DNA of 61,114 nt, counting the filler, from Pseudobdellovibrionaceae bacterium (lineage in GTDB: Bacteria; Bdellovibrionota; Bdellovibrionia; Bdellovibrionales; UBA1609), in the NCBI GenBank assembly GCA_030591685.1. It is 3 parts of 3 records of this genome, joined end to end, with 100 filler letters (N's around TTAATTAATTAA, not from the genome) between each part and the next. Parts side by side here need not be neighbours in the genome. Positions count along the whole stretch, not along the records: positions 16,774 to 48,322 come from JAUVAX010000030.1; 2 more parts are not named here. The stretch is one strand, 5' to 3'. Positions 16,674-29,200 of this stretch are shown here, one piece after another. Under the pieces are notes generated by a model. The model made no database searches, had not been told where the DNA came from, and saw nothing but the letters and a program-made list of their open reading frames with translations. Each line of letters opens with the position of its first letter. The first letter of the stretch is position 1. Made by a program: the position numbers and the translations under genes.

Positions 16674-16773
16674 NNNNNNNNNNNNNNNNNNNNNNNNNNN
16701 NNNNNNNNNNNNNNNNNTTAATTAATTAANNNNNNNNNNNNNNNNNNNNNNNNNNNNNNNNNNNNNNNNNNNN
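16674..16773. other. Artificial contig linker
   Basis: 44 N + TTAATTAATTAA (stops in all six frames) + 44 N. Confidence 0.95.
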
Positions 16774-16774
16774 A

Positions 16775-16851
16775 GCGGGAGTAGCTCAATTGGCTAGAGT
16801 ATCGGCCTTCCAAGCCGAGGGTTGCGGGTTCGACCCCCGTCTCCCGCTCCA
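16775..16851 (+). tRNA. tRNA-Gly(TCC)
   Basis: GCGGGAG/CTCCCGC acceptor stem, anticodon loop CTTCCAA, TTCGA, encoded CCA. Confidence 0.95.
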
Positions 16852-17052
16852 ATTTATGACGTGAGACCACATAAGTATGTGTGATGGTTTAAAATGTTTG
16901 GGGGAGTTTTAAGGTTTTTGAAGGTGTTAGCTGTAAGGGTGTACGTAAGTGGGGTCCATTATTTGAGGACTCTTACTAAAAACTCTGAAGCCCATAAAAC
17001 AAGCCTTAGTAGGCTTGAGTTTGGTCGGGCTAGCACATTTAAAGCCCTTAAG

Positions 17053-17127
17053 GCCCATGTGGCTCAGGGGTAGAGCACACCCTTGGTAAGGGTGAGGTCG
17101 CGAGTTCGAGTCTCGCCATGGGCTCCA
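17053..17127 (+). tRNA. tRNA-Thr(GGT)
   Basis: GCCCATG/CATGGGC acceptor stem, anticodon loop TTGGTAA, encoded CCA. Confidence 0.95.
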
Positions 17128-17257
17128 AATCTGGTTTATAGGGGTTGTATTACCGTTTTTTTTTGGTAATACTTAATTTTTTTGTTGAACTGTTTTTAAT
17201 TTAACATTAACTAAGCTATAAAAATATATAGAAGAACACTTCTGGAGGAATAAACAA

Positions 17258-18448
17258 ATGGCTAAAGAAAAATTTGAGCGCAGTAAGCCTCACGTTAACA
17301 TTGGTACTATCGGTCATGTCGATCATGGTAAAACAACTCTAACTGCGGCAATAACTACGGTTCTATCAAGTACGGGTGATGCTACAAAAATGGCGTTTGA
17401 TCAAATCGATAAAGCCCCAGAAGAAAGAGAGCGCGGTATTACTATTTCGACCTCACATGTTGAGTACGAAACTAAAAACCGTCACTATGCTCATGTGGAT
17501 TGCCCGGGCCATGCTGATTATGTAAAAAATATGATTACTGGTGCCGCTCAAATGGATGGCGCTATTTTAGTTGTTTCTGCCGCTGATGGCCCTATGCCTC
17601 AAACTCGTGAGCACATTTTGTTGGCTCGCCAGGTGGGTGTTCCCGCTATCGTTGTTTTCATGAACAAAGTAGACATGGTGGATGACGAAGAACTTTTAGA
17701 GCTTGTTGAGCTAGAGATCAGAGAGCTTCTCTCTAAGTACGAATTCCCAGGAGATGATATCCCTATAGTTAAGGGCTCAGCTCTTAAAGCTTTAGAGGGT
17801 GAAGCTAGTGAAATGGGCGACCAGGCCATTCATAAATTAATGGAAGCCTGTGACACCTATATCCCTGAGCCAGAGCGTGTTACAGACAAGCCTTATTTAA
17901 TGCCTGTTGAGGACGTTTTCTCAATCTCTGGTCGTGGTACTGTTGTTACTGGCCGTATTGAGCGTGGTATTGTTAAAGTGGGCCAAGAAGTTGAAATTGT
18001 TGGTATTAAAGACACTGTTAAAACAACTGTCACTGGTATTGAAATGTTCCGTAAGCTTCTTGATGAAGGCCGCGCGGGTGACAATGCTGGGTGTTTGCTT
18101 CGTGGTGTTAAAAAAGAAGATGTTGAACGTGGGCAGGTCCTAGCGGCTCCAGGTACAATTACTCCTCATAAAAAATTCAAATGTGAGTGCTATATCTTAA
18201 CTAAAGAAGAAGGCGGTCGTCATACACCGTTTTTCAACGGATATCGCCCTCAGTTTTACTTCAGAACAACTGACGTGACGGGCATTTGCACCCTTGCTGA
18301 GGGTGTTGAAATGGTAATGCCTGGTGATAGAGTTCAGTTTATAGTTGAGCTCATTGCCCCCATCGCCATGGAGAAAGAGCTCCGTTTTGCCATCCGTGAG
18401 GGAGGCCGAACAGTTGGTGCTGGTGTTGTTACTGAAATCGACGATTAA
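17258..18448 (+). CDS. tuf: Elongation factor Tu
   Basis: [20 protein letters not shown] and [11 protein letters not shown]. Confidence 0.99.
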   Translation: MAKEKFERSKPHVNIGTIGHVDHGKTTLTAAITTVLSSTGDATKMAFDQIDKAPEERERGITISTSHVEYETKNRHYAHVDCPGHADYVKNMITGAAQMDGAILVVSAADGPMPQTREHILLARQVGVPAIVVFMNKVDMVDDEELLELVELEIRELLSKYEFPGDDIPIVKGSALKALEGEASEMGDQAIHKLMEACDTYIPEPERVTDKPYLMPVEDVFSISGRGTVVTGRIERGIVKVGQEVEIVGIKDTVKTTVTGIEMFRKLLDEGRAGDNAGCLLRGVKKEDVERGQVLAAPGTITPHKKFKCECYILTKEEGGRHTPFFNGYRPQFYFRTTDVTGICTLAEGVEMVMPGDRVQFIVELIAPIAMEKELRFAIREGGRTVGAGVVTEIDD

Positions 18449-18471
18449 TTATTTCGCATAATGTCATTGAC

Positions 18472-18506
18472 GGGAACCTGGCTTTCAAGTTAGGTTCCTT
18501 TTTTTT
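18472..18506 (+). terminator. Intrinsic terminator after tuf
   Basis: GGAACCTGGC/GTTAGGTTCC hairpin followed by a T tract. Confidence 0.75.
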
Positions 18507-18584
18507 AATATTTCTTTAATGTTTTTACTTGCCTTTGCGGGCAAAAGCGGCGAGAAACTATATACTTTTGTGCTTTTTATAAGT

Positions 18585-18661
18585 AGGGCAGTAGCTCTAA
18601 TTGGTAGAGCGACGGACTCCAAATCCGTAGGTTGCGGGTTCGAATCCCCCCTGCCCTGCCA
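18585..18661 (+). tRNA. tRNA-Trp(CCA)
   Basis: AGGGCAG/CTGCCCT acceptor stem, anticodon loop CTCCAAA; lies upstream of secE. Confidence 0.95.
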
Positions 18662-18690
18662 GTTTTTTTGACTAATTTAGGTGGCGTTTA

Positions 18691-19074
18691 GTGGAAAATG
18701 ACAATAAAAAAATAATAACAGTCTGTTTTGTAGCAACGGGTTTTATATCATTTATTATAGCTCGAGTTATTTTTGAGTTCTTGGCCGGTAATATTGGTTT
18801 TTTCGGCAAACTCTGGTCGGAGACCTCAGTTCAGCATGCGATCCCTGTGTCCATTGGTATTTTAAGCTTTGTCATTCTAGAGTTTAATAAAAAAATCACA
18901 GTTTGGGCTGATGAAGTGGTCACCGAAATTCGTAAAGTTGTTTGGCCGTCGCGTAAAGACACGACCGGTTTAACTATTGTTACCTGTGTAATGGTTGTGG
19001 TTTCAGGGCTTATTTTGGGGGTATTTGATTTTGTATCCACTGAGTCTGTAAAGCTTTTCATTAATCTAAAATAA
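18691..19074 (+). CDS. secE: Preprotein translocase subunit SecE
   Basis: EIRKVVWPSRKDT motif; synteny. Confidence 0.93.
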   Translation: MENDNKKIITVCFVATGFISFIIARVIFEFLAGNIGFFGKLWSETSVQHAIPVSIGILSFVILEFNKKITVWADEVVTEIRKVVWPSRKDTTGLTIVTCVMVVVSGLILGVFDFVSTESVKLFINLK

Positions 19075-19087
19075 AGGGGGCTGAGCT

Positions 19088-19630
19088 ATGGATAAAAAAT
19101 GGTATATTGTTAATGTTCAAAGTAGTTGCGAAAACACAGCTAAGGCCTCATTAGAAGACCGAATTGTCACCCAAAAAATGGAAGATGTATTTGGTGATGT
19201 CCTCATCCCTGCCGAAGATGTAGTTAAAATGGTTAAGGGCAAAAAAAAATCTCGCTCTAAAAAGTTTTTCCCGGGTTATATTTTTGTAGAAATGGTCATG
19301 AACGATAAAACCTGGCACCTCGTACGAGGCAGCACCAAGGTTTCTGGCTTTTTAGGTGGGGGTACAAGTACTGCAAAGCAGCCAACCCCTGTGCCTGAAG
19401 ACGAGGTCATGCGTATTACACAGCAAATGAAAACTGGGTCTGAGGTGCTTAAGCACAAAGTTTCGTTTAACATCGGTGAAGAAATAGTGGTCATTGATGG
19501 CCCGTTTAATAACTTTAACGGCACCGTCGAAGAAATCAACGAGGCGAAAGCAAAAGTTAAGGTATTGGTGAGCATTTTTGGTCGACCAACACCTGTTGAG
19601 CTTGATTTTGCTCAAGTAGAAAAAAGTTAA
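19088..19630 (+). CDS. nusG: Transcription factor NusG
   Basis: KWYIV, FFPGYIFV, KOW domain, SIFGRPTPVEL. Confidence 0.97.
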   Translation: MDKKWYIVNVQSSCENTAKASLEDRIVTQKMEDVFGDVLIPAEDVVKMVKGKKKSRSKKFFPGYIFVEMVMNDKTWHLVRGSTKVSGFLGGGTSTAKQPTPVPEDEVMRITQQMKTGSEVLKHKVSFNIGEEIVVIDGPFNNFNGTVEEINEAKAKVKVLVSIFGRPTPVELDFAQVEKS

Positions 19631-19669
19631 TGAATAATTTAAACGTCAACATTAATTAGGAGTGGGAAC

Positions 19670-20107
19670 GTGGCAAAAAAAGTAACAGGACAAATAAAGC
19701 TACAAATACCGGCAGGGAAGGCTAATCCAGCACCTCCCGTTGGACCGGCGCTCGGACAACATGGCGTAAACATAATGGACTTCTGTAAACAGTTTAATGC
19801 TAAAACCCAGGGTGCCGGTGACACGATTATCCCTGTGATCATTACTGTTTATCAAGACAGGTCATTTTCGTTTATCACAAAAACGCCACCGACATCCGTG
19901 CTGTTAAAAAAATCAATGAAACTAAAAAGTGGTTCAAAAATGCCACAAAAAGATAAAGTAGGTAAGGTTTCTTTAGAGCAAATCAAAACAATTGCTGAAA
20001 CAAAGTTACCTGATTTAAATTGCCTCAATGTTGAAAAGGCAATGAACCAAGTCGCGGGCACAGCAAAAAGCATGGGCCTCGAAGTACCTAAAGAATTTGG
20101 GGTGTAA
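19670..20107 (+). CDS. rplK: 50S ribosomal protein L11
   Basis: [18 protein letters not shown]. Confidence 0.98.
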   Translation: MAKKVTGQIKLQIPAGKANPAPPVGPALGQHGVNIMDFCKQFNAKTQGAGDTIIPVIITVYQDRSFSFITKTPPTSVLLKKSMKLKSGSKMPQKDKVGKVSLEQIKTIAETKLPDLNCLNVEKAMNQVAGTAKSMGLEVPKEFGV

Positions 20108-20814
20108 TGATGTCAAAAATTGGTAAAAAATTAAAAGCAGCAAAAGCTAAAATTGATAAAAACAAAAAATACTCTGTTGAAGAGGCTGTCACATTGCTTA
20201 TCGAAAATGCACCAGCTAAATTTGACGAATCTATAGACGTGTCAATAAGGCTAGGGGTTGACCCTAAGCAGTCAGATGAACAGGTTCGTGGCGCTATTGC
20301 ACTGCCTCACGGGTTAGGCAAGCAAGTTAGGGTTATTGTTTTCGCTAAAGGTCCTAAAGAGCAAGAAGCCAAAGATGCCGGGGCATTTTTTACCGGATCA
20401 GACGAGCTCGTAGAAAAAATCAAAGGCGGATGGTTAGATTTTGATAAAGCCATAGCCACCCCTGACATGATGGCCACGGTTGCAAAGGTGGCCAAAATTT
20501 TAGGGCCAAGAGGCTTAATGCCAAATCCTAAAGTGGGCACTGTAACTATGAAAGTTAAAGAAACTGTCGAAACTGAAGTTAAAGGTAAGTTGGCTTTTCG
20601 TGTAGAAAAGGCAGGTATTGTACATGCCTCAGTAGGTCGCAAGTCTATGGGTGTTGATAAAATAAAAGATAATTTTTTAACCTTGGTGGGCGCCCTTTCA
20701 AAGGCAAAGCCATCATCAAGTAAAGGGGTCTATTTTCAAGGCATGGATTTGTCTTCTACAATGGGTCCTGGGGTGAGCGTTGACACAAGCGACGCCACTT
20801 CGAAAATGATTTAG
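20107..20814 (+). CDS. rplA: 50S ribosomal protein L1
   Basis: LGPRGLMPNPKVGT. Confidence 0.98.
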   Translation: MMSKIGKKLKAAKAKIDKNKKYSVEEAVTLLIENAPAKFDESIDVSIRLGVDPKQSDEQVRGAIALPHGLGKQVRVIVFAKGPKEQEAKDAGAFFTGSDELVEKIKGGWLDFDKAIATPDMMATVAKVAKILGPRGLMPNPKVGTVTMKVKETVETEVKGKLAFRVEKAGIVHASVGRKSMGVDKIKDNFLTLVGALSKAKPSSSKGVYFQGMDLSSTMGPGVSVDTSDATSKMI

Positions 20815-20834
20815 TTAAGAACCTGCTCAGTGCA

Positions 20835-20895
20835 GTCAGAGACCGTAGGTACTCAAATTTATTTTTTGAGTTTAAACATTTTGGCCTACCGAGAC
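20835..20895 (+). promoter_or_regulatory. L10 leader (rplJL autoregulatory RNA), core
   Basis: AGACCGTAGG...TTAA...CCTACCGAG pattern with internal ACTCAAA/TTTGAGT hairpin, upstream of rplJ. Confidence 0.7.
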
Positions 20896-20978
20896 GAAGC
20901 TAAAAAATAAACACCACCCGTGGTGTTCAGGCTTTCTGATTCGCTAGCATAACGTTAAAAGAAAGGAGAGTCTCAAGT

Positions 20979-21500
20979 ATGATGAACAGAGCGCAAAAAG
21001 CAACTGAGATTTCTGCCATTTCAGATCGATTTGCAAAAGCAAACGCTGCTTTTTTAGTGGACTTCAAAGGCATGAATGTCGAAGAAGTCACCACTTTAAG
21101 AAAACAGCTAAGCCCAGTTGAAGCCGAAATGAAGGTGGTCAGAAACACTTTAGCTATACGTGCCCTTATGGATCATCCCGAAGCCGAAACAGCTTTAAAG
21201 GATGATTTTGTAGGTGCAAATGCAATTGTTTTTTCATTTGGTGAGCCTCCAGCTAGTGCAAAAGCTCTTTCAGAGTTTGCAAAAACTGTCGAAGAGTTAG
21301 AAATCAAAACTGGTTTCATGGACGGTAAAAGGCTGGACGTCGCCCAAATTAAACAATTAGCATCCTTACCTAGTAAGGACGAGTTAAGAGCACAATTCTT
21401 AGCCACATTGGCAGCCCCAATGACTACGTTTGTGAGAACGCTTAACGAAGTACCATCTGGTTTTGTTCGTGTTTTGAGTGCATATAAGGACACGAAGTAA
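20979..21500 (+). CDS. rplJ: 50S ribosomal protein L10
   Basis: KVVRNTL and LASLPSKDEL; synteny. Confidence 0.96.
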   Translation: MMNRAQKATEISAISDRFAKANAAFLVDFKGMNVEEVTTLRKQLSPVEAEMKVVRNTLAIRALMDHPEAETALKDDFVGANAIVFSFGEPPASAKALSEFAKTVEELEIKTGFMDGKRLDVAQIKQLASLPSKDELRAQFLATLAAPMTTFVRTLNEVPSGFVRVLSAYKDTK

Positions 21501-21557
21501 GAGAGTAATAATAAATAAAGTAACTATTAAATTTTTAAATAATTAATTGGAGGAAAA

Positions 21558-21932
21558 ATGTCATTATCAAAAGAAGATGTAGTAGAATTTTTATCAAGCA
21601 TGCCCGTTATGGAGCTTGCCGAGCTAATCACAACACTTGAAGACAAGTGGGGCGTAAGTGCTGCTGCTGCAGCTGTTGCTGTTGCGGCTCCTGGTGCCGG
21701 TGGTGCCGCTGCTGAAGAGAAAACAGAGTTTGATGTTATCTTAACAGGCGCTGGTGCATCTAAAATTAACGTTATTAAAGAGGTCCGTGCAATCACTAGC
21801 CTTGGCTTAAAAGAAGCCAAAGAGCTTGTTGAAAGCGCACCTAAGGCCGTTAAAGAAGGCGTGCCAAAAGACGAAGCTGAAAAAATTAAAGCCGCTTTAG
21901 AAAAAGCCGGCGCTTCAGCTGAAGTTAAGTAG
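21558..21932 (+). CDS. rplL: 50S ribosomal protein L7/L12
   Basis: Ala-rich hinge, [19 protein letters not shown]. Confidence 0.98.
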   Translation: MSLSKEDVVEFLSSMPVMELAELITTLEDKWGVSAAAAAVAVAAPGAGGAAAEEKTEFDVILTGAGASKINVIKEVRAITSLGLKEAKELVESAPKAVKEGVPKDEAEKIKAALEKAGASAEVK

Positions 21933-21975
21933 TAGCAGTAATAGTAGTGAGCTTTGCTTGCTAAGTAATTTATAG

Positions 21976-22007
21976 GCGATAGCCCCGGTGGGCTATTCGC
22001 TTTTTTT
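21976..22007 (+). terminator. Terminator/attenuator between rplL and rpoB
   Basis: GCGATAGCCC/GGGCTATTCGC hairpin plus T7. Confidence 0.75.
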
Positions 22008-22043
22008 AAGTTTACTCTGATATTTCGGAGACAAGGAGAAGTA

Positions 22044-25000
22044 ATGAATCAAACTCCAGTTACAGCCTCAAACGTTAGACTTCGTCACTCTTTTGCCAGA
22101 GCTGAGTCAATGGTTGAAATACCAAACTTAATTGCCCTGCAAAAGCGTTCTTACGAAGAATTCATACAAAGAGAAGTCGACATTGATCGTCGTGGGTCCG
22201 AGGGACTTAGCGGTGTATTCAAGTCCGTCTTTCCAATCAGTGATTTTAACAATACAGCTAATTTAGAGTTTGTCAGTTACGCTCTTGAAGCCTCAAAGTA
22301 CGATGTTGATGAGTGCCGACAGCGGGGCATGACCTTTGCGGCCCCATTAAAAGTTACTTTACGACTTATAGTTTTTGACGTTGACGAAGAAACCGAAGCT
22401 CGCACAGTAAGAGATGTTAAAGAGCAAGAGGTTTACTTAGGTGAAATACCGTTAATGACAGCGAATGGTTCATTTATTGTCAATGGTACTGAGCGAGTTG
22501 TCGTGAGTCAGCTCCACAGATCACCCGGTGTATTTTTTGACCATGATAAAGGTAAAGCGAGTGCCAGTGGTAAATTAACCTACTCTGCCCGTGTAATACC
22601 TTACCGTGGGTCATGGCTTGATTTTGAATTTGATCAAAAAGATTTACTATATATAAGAATCGACAGAAGAAGAAAGTTCCCAGCAACTATTCTTTTAAAA
22701 GCTCTCGGTTATACAACTGATGATTTATTAGATTACTTTTACAGTATTGATACTGTAACAGTAAAAAAAGACGGTAAAATTTACCGCAACCTAGATATTG
22801 AAAAGCTTCAGGGGCAAAGGGCCCTGACTGACATCGTAGACCCTAAAACAGGGGATGTTTTTGTCAGTGCTGATCGCCGAATTACTCGTGCGGTTGTTAA
22901 AAAAGTTTTAGCTTCAGGCTTAAAAGAAATCGAAGTCACCCGTGAAGATCTCGTCGGTAAGGTTATTGCTAAGCCAATTATTGACGAAGAAACCGGTGAA
23001 ATCATCTCGGACAGCAATACCGAAATCACCCTAGAGGTGATCGAACAAGCTCTAGCCTCTGGCATTAGAGAGTTTCATGTGATCTTTTTTGATGGCCTTA
23101 CTGTAGGGCCATATTTGCGAAACACCCTTCTTGTCGATAAGGTCGACACTAAAGAAGAGTCACTAATTGATATATATAAAAGACTTCGCCCTGGCGAGCC
23201 ACCAACAGTAGAGGCCGCAACATCATTTTTTAGGCGTTTATTTTTTGATTCAGAAACCTATGATTTAAGTGAAGTGGGTCGTTTAAAAATAAACTACCGC
23301 TTCGACATCCCTTTTGAAGAGTGCCCTGTTGAGCATCGTGTCCTTACCGAAAAAGACATCTTAAGTGTTGTTAAAACTTTAATTGATCTTAAAAACGGTA
23401 TTGGCAAAGTTGATGATATTGATCACTTAGGTAATCGACGCGTTCGTTCTGTGGGTGAACTATTAGAAAACCAATATCGTATTGGTCTCGTTCGAATGGA
23501 AAGAGCTATTCGTGAAAGAATGAGTCTTCAAGACCTTGAAACGATGATGCCTCATGATTTAGTCAATGCAAAACCTGTTAATGCTGTTGTAAAAGAGTTT
23601 TTTGGTTCATCACAGCTTTCACAGTTTATGGATCAAACAAACCCACTTTCTGAAATCACGCACAAACGTCGACTTTCGGCTCTTGGCCCTGGTGGATTAA
23701 CTCGTGATAGAGCGGGTTTTGAGGTTCGTGATGTGCATCCCACACATTATGGTCGTATTTGCCCTATTGAAACACCTGAAGGCCCGAACATTGGTTTAAT
23801 TGCTTCGCTAGCGACTTATGCTCGTATTAACGAGTATGGTTTTATTGAGACTCCTTATCGAGCCGTTGAAAGTGCTAAAGTGGCTAAAGAGGTCAAGTAC
23901 CTCTCCGCTCTTGAAGAGTCGGGGCACTATATTGCTCAAGCCAGCGCTTCAGACGTCATTGAAAAAGACAACGTAACAACAAGACATAATGGCGATTACG
24001 AAATTACCGATAAAAACAAAGTCAGCCTTCGAGATGTGTCACCCAGTCAGTTGGTTTCTATTGCGGCTTCACTCATACCATTTTTAGAGCATGATGATGC
24101 AAACAGAGCCCTCATGGGTTCGAACATGCAACGTCAAGCTGTGCCATTAATTAGATCAAGAGCTCCTCTAGTAGGGACTGGTATTGAACGACTTGTGGCT
24201 CGTGATTCAGGTACTAGTGTTGTGGCTACAAATGATGGAGTTGTTGAAGAGGTTGAAGCCGGAAGAATCGTGGTTCGTCGTTTAGCTAAGGCCGGTGAGC
24301 TGGGCGCTAACGTGGATATTTATAACCTAACTAAATATCAACGAACTAACCAAAACACATGCTTTAACCAAAAACCAATTATTAAAGTTGGGGACCGAGT
24401 GGGTTGTGGCGATATTATTGCTGACGGGCCATCCACCGAATTAGGTGAGTTGGCTTTAGGTCAAAACATATTAATCGCCTTTACTCCTTGGCAGGGATAT
24501 AACTTTGAAGATTCTATTTTAATTTCAGAGCGTTTAATCCGTGATGATGTTTACACCTCTGTGCACATTGAAGAGTTTGAGTGTGTCGCCAGAGATACGA
24601 AACTCGGTAAAGAAGAGATCTCCAGAGATATTGCTAACGTCGGCGAAGAGGCCCTGAAAGACCTCGACGTGAGTGGCGTTATTCGTATTGGTGCTGAAGT
24701 TAGACCGGGTAATATTTTAGTCGGTAAAGTCACCCCTAAAGGTGAAACTCAGCTCTCTCCTGAAGAAAAGCTACTAAGAGCTATCTTTGGTGAAAAGGCG
24801 GGGGACGTAAGAGACTCCTCTTTAAGAGTGCCCTCTGGAGTTTTCGGGACCGTCATTGACGCTCAAGTTTACAGCCGAGAAGGGGCCGAAAACGATGAGC
24901 GTTTAAAAATAATTTTAGACGAAAAAGAAACAAAGCTACAAAAAGATTTATCTGTTGAGCAAAACGTGATTCGCAACAACGCTTTAGATAAATTAAAAAC

Positions 25001-26201
25001 ATTTCTTGTTGGTAAACAAACAACAGGTGTTCTTTTAAGCGAAGATGGTGCTAAAAAAATACTTGAAAAAAGCCAAGAAATTACTGCCGCTGACCTTGAG
25101 TCTGTTTCGTTTGAACTCCTCCCTTATATCCCATTAGAGGGTGATCTTGAGCATCAAGTCACTCGCATTATGGATGGGGCTCGTAACCAGCTCGAAGCCG
25201 TAAAAATGGTCTTTAACGAAAAAATCGATCGCCTTAGAAAGGGTGATGAACTCCCTCCGGGCGTTATAAAAATGGTTAAAGTTTATGTGGCCATTAAACG
25301 TAAGCTACAGGTTGGTGATAAGTTCGCGGGTCGTCATGGTAACAAGGGTGTTGTTTCTAGGGTTGTACCGGCCGAAGACATGCCGTTTATGGCAGATGGG
25401 TCGCCAGTAGATATGGTATTAAACCCTCTGGGTGTCCCTTCGAGGATGAACATTGGTCAAGTACTTGAGATACATCTAGGCTGGGCCGCACATGGTTTGG
25501 GTAAAAAACTAGAGCAGTGTCTTGAAAACTTTAAACCCGACGAAGCCCGAAGCACTTTAAAAACTGTTTATGGTGACGACGAGATAAGTAAAAAAATTGA
25601 CGGTGCCGATGATGAGTCTATTAAAAAGTTCTTACGACAGGGTAAAAACGGTGTTCATTTAGCCACCCCTGTTTTTGACGGAGCCCATGAAGATGACGTC
25701 AGAGAGCTTCTCAACAGAGCCGAGTACCCCACAAGTGGTCAAACTATTCTATTTGATGGTCGTACAGGTGAAATGTTTGAAAGACCTGTTACCATTGGTA
25801 TTATGTACATGCTTAAACTACATCATTTGGTCGAAGAAAAAATCCATGCTCGGTCAATTGGTCCTTACTCACTAGTGTCTCAACAGCCGCTTGGTGGTAA
25901 AGCACAGTTTGGTGGGCAAAGGCTTGGAGAAATGGAAGTTTGGGCTATTGAGGCCTACGGTGCCGCTCATACACTACAAGAGTTTTTAACAGTTAAGTCT
26001 GATGACGTGGCTGGTAGAACAAGGATGTACGAGAGCATTGTGAAGGGCGAAAACGTGTTAGAACCAGGCATACCAGAGGCCTTTAACGTACTAGTTAAAG
26101 AACTTCAAAGTTTAGCATTAAATGTTGAATTTATAGAGTCTGATATTTTAACCGAAAAGCCAGGCCAAGAACCAACACTTGATGAACCGTTAAAACAGTA
26201 A
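22044..26201 (+). CDS. rpoB: RNA polymerase beta subunit
   Basis: [32 protein letters not shown]. Confidence 0.99.
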   Translation: MNQTPVTASNVRLRHSFARAESMVEIPNLIALQKRSYEEFIQREVDIDRRGSEGLSGVFKSVFPISDFNNTANLEFVSYALEASKYDVDECRQRGMTFAAPLKVTLRLIVFDVDEETEARTVRDVKEQEVYLGEIPLMTANGSFIVNGTERVVVSQLHRSPGVFFDHDKGKASASGKLTYSARVIPYRGSWLDFEFDQKDLLYIRIDRRRKFPATILLKALGYTTDDLLDYFYSIDTVTVKKDGKIYRNLDIEKLQGQRALTDIVDPKTGDVFVSADRRITRAVVKKVLASGLKEIEVTREDLVGKVIAKPIIDEETGEIISDSNTEITLEVIEQALASGIREFHVIFFDGLTVGPYLRNTLLVDKVDTKEESLIDIYKRLRPGEPPTVEAATSFFRRLFFDSETYDLSEVGRLKINYRFDIPFEECPVEHRVLTEKDILSVVKTLIDLKNGIGKVDDIDHLGNRRVRSVGELLENQYRIGLVRMERAIRERMSLQDLETMMPHDLVNAKPVNAVVKEFFGSSQLSQFMDQTNPLSEITHKRRLSALGPGGLTRDRAGFEVRDVHPTHYGRICPIETPEGPNIGLIASLATYARINEYGFIETPYRAVESAKVAKEVKYLSALEESGHYIAQASASDVIEKDNVTTRHNGDYEITDKNKVSLRDVSPSQLVSIAASLIPFLEHDDANRALMGSNMQRQAVPLIRSRAPLVGTGIERLVARDSGTSVVATNDGVVEEVEAGRIVVRRLAKAGELGANVDIYNLTKYQRTNQNTCFNQKPIIKVGDRVGCGDIIADGPSTELGELALGQNILIAFTPWQGYNFEDSILISERLIRDDVYTSVHIEEFECVARDTKLGKEEISRDIANVGEEALKDLDVSGVIRIGAEVRPGNILVGKVTPKGETQLSPEEKLLRAIFGEKAGDVRDSSLRVPSGVFGTVIDAQVYSREGAENDERLKIILDEKETKLQKDLSVEQNVIRNNALDKLKTFLVGKQTTGVLLSEDGAKKILEKSQEITAADLESVSFELLPYIPLEGDLEHQVTRIMDGARNQLEAVKMVFNEKIDRLRKGDELPPGVIKMVKVYVAIKRKLQVGDKFAGRHGNKGVVSRVVPAEDMPFMADGSPVDMVLNPLGVPSRMNIGQVLEIHLGWAAHGLGKKLEQCLENFKPDEARSTLKTVYGDDEISKKIDGADDESIKKFLRQGKNGVHLATPVFDGAHEDDVRELLNRAEYPTSGQTILFDGRTGEMFERPVTIGIMYMLKLHHLVEEKIHARSIGPYSLVSQQPLGGKAQFGGQRLGEMEVWAIEAYGAAHTLQEFLTVKSDDVAGRTRMYESIVKGENVLEPGIPEAFNVLVKELQSLALNVEFIESDILTEKPGQEPTLDEPLKQ

Positions 26202-26227
26202 TTTAAACTTTTATAGGGGAGTAAACC

Positions 26228-29200
26228 TTGAAAGATTTATTAAATTTTTTAGATAAGCCAAAAGATCCACTTTCGTTTGATGGGGTCAGGATTTCATTAG
26301 CCTCACCAGACATGGTCCGCGGATGGTCGTTTGGTGAAGTAAAAAAACCTGAAACAATAAACTATCGTACATTTAAGCCCGAAAGAGAGGGCTTGTTTTG
26401 CGCTAAAATATTTGGTCCGATCAAAGACTACGAGTGCCTTTGCGGTAAGTACAAGCGCATGAAGCATCGAGGTGTGGTTTGTGAAAAGTGCGGCGTTGAG
26501 GTCACTCAGTCTAAAGTAAGACGTGACCGAATGGGGCACATTCAGCTCGCAAGCCCTGTGGCTCATATTTGGTTTTTACGTTCACTACCTAGTCGTATTG
26601 GTAATGCTTTAGACATGACTTTAAAAGATGTCGAAAGGATCCTTTACTGTGAGGCCTATGTGGTTGTTGACCCAATGGAGACTCCTTTACAAGAAAATCA
26701 AATCTTACCAGAGGACGCCTATCAAGCCGCCCTCCAAGAGTACGGCCCTAACTTTAAAGCCGGCATGGGTGGTGAGGCCGTATTACAACTTCTTAAAAAA
26801 ATTGACTGTGAGTACCTTTCAAGAAACCTTAGGATTGCTCTCAAAGAAACTAAATCAGAGTCCGCCACAAAAAAATTAACTAAAAGACTTAAAGTTGTTG
26901 AGGCGATTAAAAATTCGGTAAACAAGGCTGAGTGGATGATGTTAGACGTTGTCCCCGTCATCCCTCCAGACCTAAGACCTCTAGTTCCTCTAGACGGTGG
27001 CCGTTTTGCTACGAGTGATTTAAATGACCTCTACAGACGTGTTATCAACAGAAACAACCGTTTAAAAAGACTTCAAGAGCTCAATGCTCCTGACATTATC
27101 ATTCGTAACGAAAAACGCATGCTTCAAGAAGCCGTTGATGCCCTTTTAGATAACGGCCGACGGGGTAAAACTTTTACAGGCCCTAACAGGCGACCACTTA
27201 GGTCTTTAAGTGATATGCTTAAAGGTAAACAGGGTCGTTTCAGACAAAACTTACTTGGTAAACGTGTGGATTACTCTGGTCGTTCGGTTATCGTTGTGGG
27301 TCCAGAGCTTAAATTGCATCAGTGCGGTATACCTAAAAAAATGGCACTCGAGTTATTTAAACCATTTATTTACAACAAATTAGAAGAGCGCGGTTTTGCC
27401 TCTACAATTAAACAATCTAAAAAACTCGTAGAAATCGAAGACGATGAAGTTTGGGACATCCTCGCTGACATCGTAAAAGAGCACCCTGTTATGCTTAACA
27501 GAGCGCCAACGCTACATAGGCTTGGCATTCAGGCTTTTGAGCCTGTTTTGCATGAAGGTAAAGCAATACGTCTTCACCCCTTAGTGTGTACAGCATTTAA
27601 CGCCGATTTCGATGGTGATCAGATGGCGGTACATGTGCCGCTTTCAATAGAGGCACAAGTCGAAGCTCGCGTATTAATGATGTCGACTAATAATGTGCTA
27701 AGCCCCGCCAGTGGAAAGCCAATTATTAACCCAACACAAGATATTGTGCTTGGTTGTTACTGGATGACTCGTGTTCGCCCAGGGGCAAAAGGCACAGGCC
27801 GAGTTTTTTCAAATATAAATGAAGTCATATATGTTTACGAGCAAGGTTATATAGAGTTACAGGCAGCCATTAAGGTTCGTTTAAAGGGTAAACTTGTAGA
27901 AACAACTGTAGGTCGTGCTATTTTCTCTGATATTGTCCCTAATGAGGTCCCTTGGTCTTCAGTGAATAAAATCATGAGTAAAAAAGAGTTAGGTAATATA
28001 CTGGATCTTTCGTTTCGTCTAGCCGGAGCAAAGGCCACTGTTATTTTAGCCGATAAAATCATGCGACTCGGGTTTAAGTACTCTACAAAAGCCGGTATTT
28101 CTATTTGTCTAAACGACATGGTTATACCTAAGTCAAAAGAGAGCTTAATTGCATCAACAGAAACAGAAATTAACGAAATCCGTCAGCAGTATGATGAAGG
28201 TCTTATTACCGATGGTGAACGTTATAATAAAGTTGTGGATGTTTGGGCGCAAACCGGCGATAAAGTGGCCAAAGAAATGATGAACGGACTTGAAAAAGAA
28301 AAGTTCAATGTTGATGGCAAAGAGGTCGTTGCCCCTAGTTATAACTCAATTTATGTGATGGCTGACTCTGGAGCACGTGGTAGTGCTGCTCAGATTAGAC
28401 AGCTTGCTGGTATGCGTGGGCTAATGGCCAAACCTTCTGGCGAAATCATTGAAGCGGCCATTACGGCAAACTTTCGTGAGGGCTTAACTGTACTTCAGTA
28501 CTTTATTTCAACTCACGGAGCTCGTAAAGGACTGGCTGATACAGCTTTAAAAACGGCTAATTCTGGTTACCTCACTCGTCGTTTAGTTGATGTGGCTCAA
28601 GATATTATTGTTACTCAAACAGATTGCGGTACAACTGATGGTATGGAGGTGCGCTCTGTATTTGAAGGTGGCGAAGTGATACAGCCGCTGACAGATCGTA
28701 TCCTTGGTCGAACAGCCCTTGAAGACATTGTTAATTTAGACACTCAAGCCGTTTTAGTTCAAGCCAATGAAGAGGTTGATGAAGACGACATTGAGGCCAT
28801 AAAAGAAGCCGGCGTAGAAGTGGTTAAAATCCGCTCAGCACTGACCTGTAAAGCCCGTCGTGGTGTTTGTATTAAGTGTTACGGTCGAGACCTATCTCGT
28901 GGGGCTACAGTAAACCTCGGTGAAGCGGTAGGTATTATTGCGGCACAGTCAATCGGTGAGCCTGGTACACAGCTTACAATGAGAACATTTCACTTAGGTG
29001 GTACGGCCTCTAGAGCTGTTGAACAGTCGTCACATGTAATTCGACATGCCGGGATTTTAAAATTTGACGGCATAATGACTGTTGAAAATAGTGATGGAAA
29101 ATTAGTAGTAATGAACCGTAACGGTAATGTTTTAGTTCTCGATAGTTCTGGTCGTGAAAGAGAGTCATTAAAAATGGCTTACGGTGCTGTTATAAATTAT

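Noticed and set aside
16718..16729. TTAATTAATTAA palindrome as a biological site (also at 48367-48378)
   Set aside because: It is centred in exactly 44+44 N both times, which marks a synthetic six-frame-stop linker.
16852..17052. Hidden tRNA or ncRNA in the 200-nt tRNA-Gly/tRNA-Thr spacer
   Set aside because: Only short hairpins are visible, with no cloverleaf, T-loop or CCA.
23590..23700. Rifampicin-resistance changes in rpoB (and streptomycin resistance in rpsL)
   Set aside because: The RRDR reads [27 protein letters not shown] and S12 retains PKKPNS and RVKDLPG, both wild-type-like.
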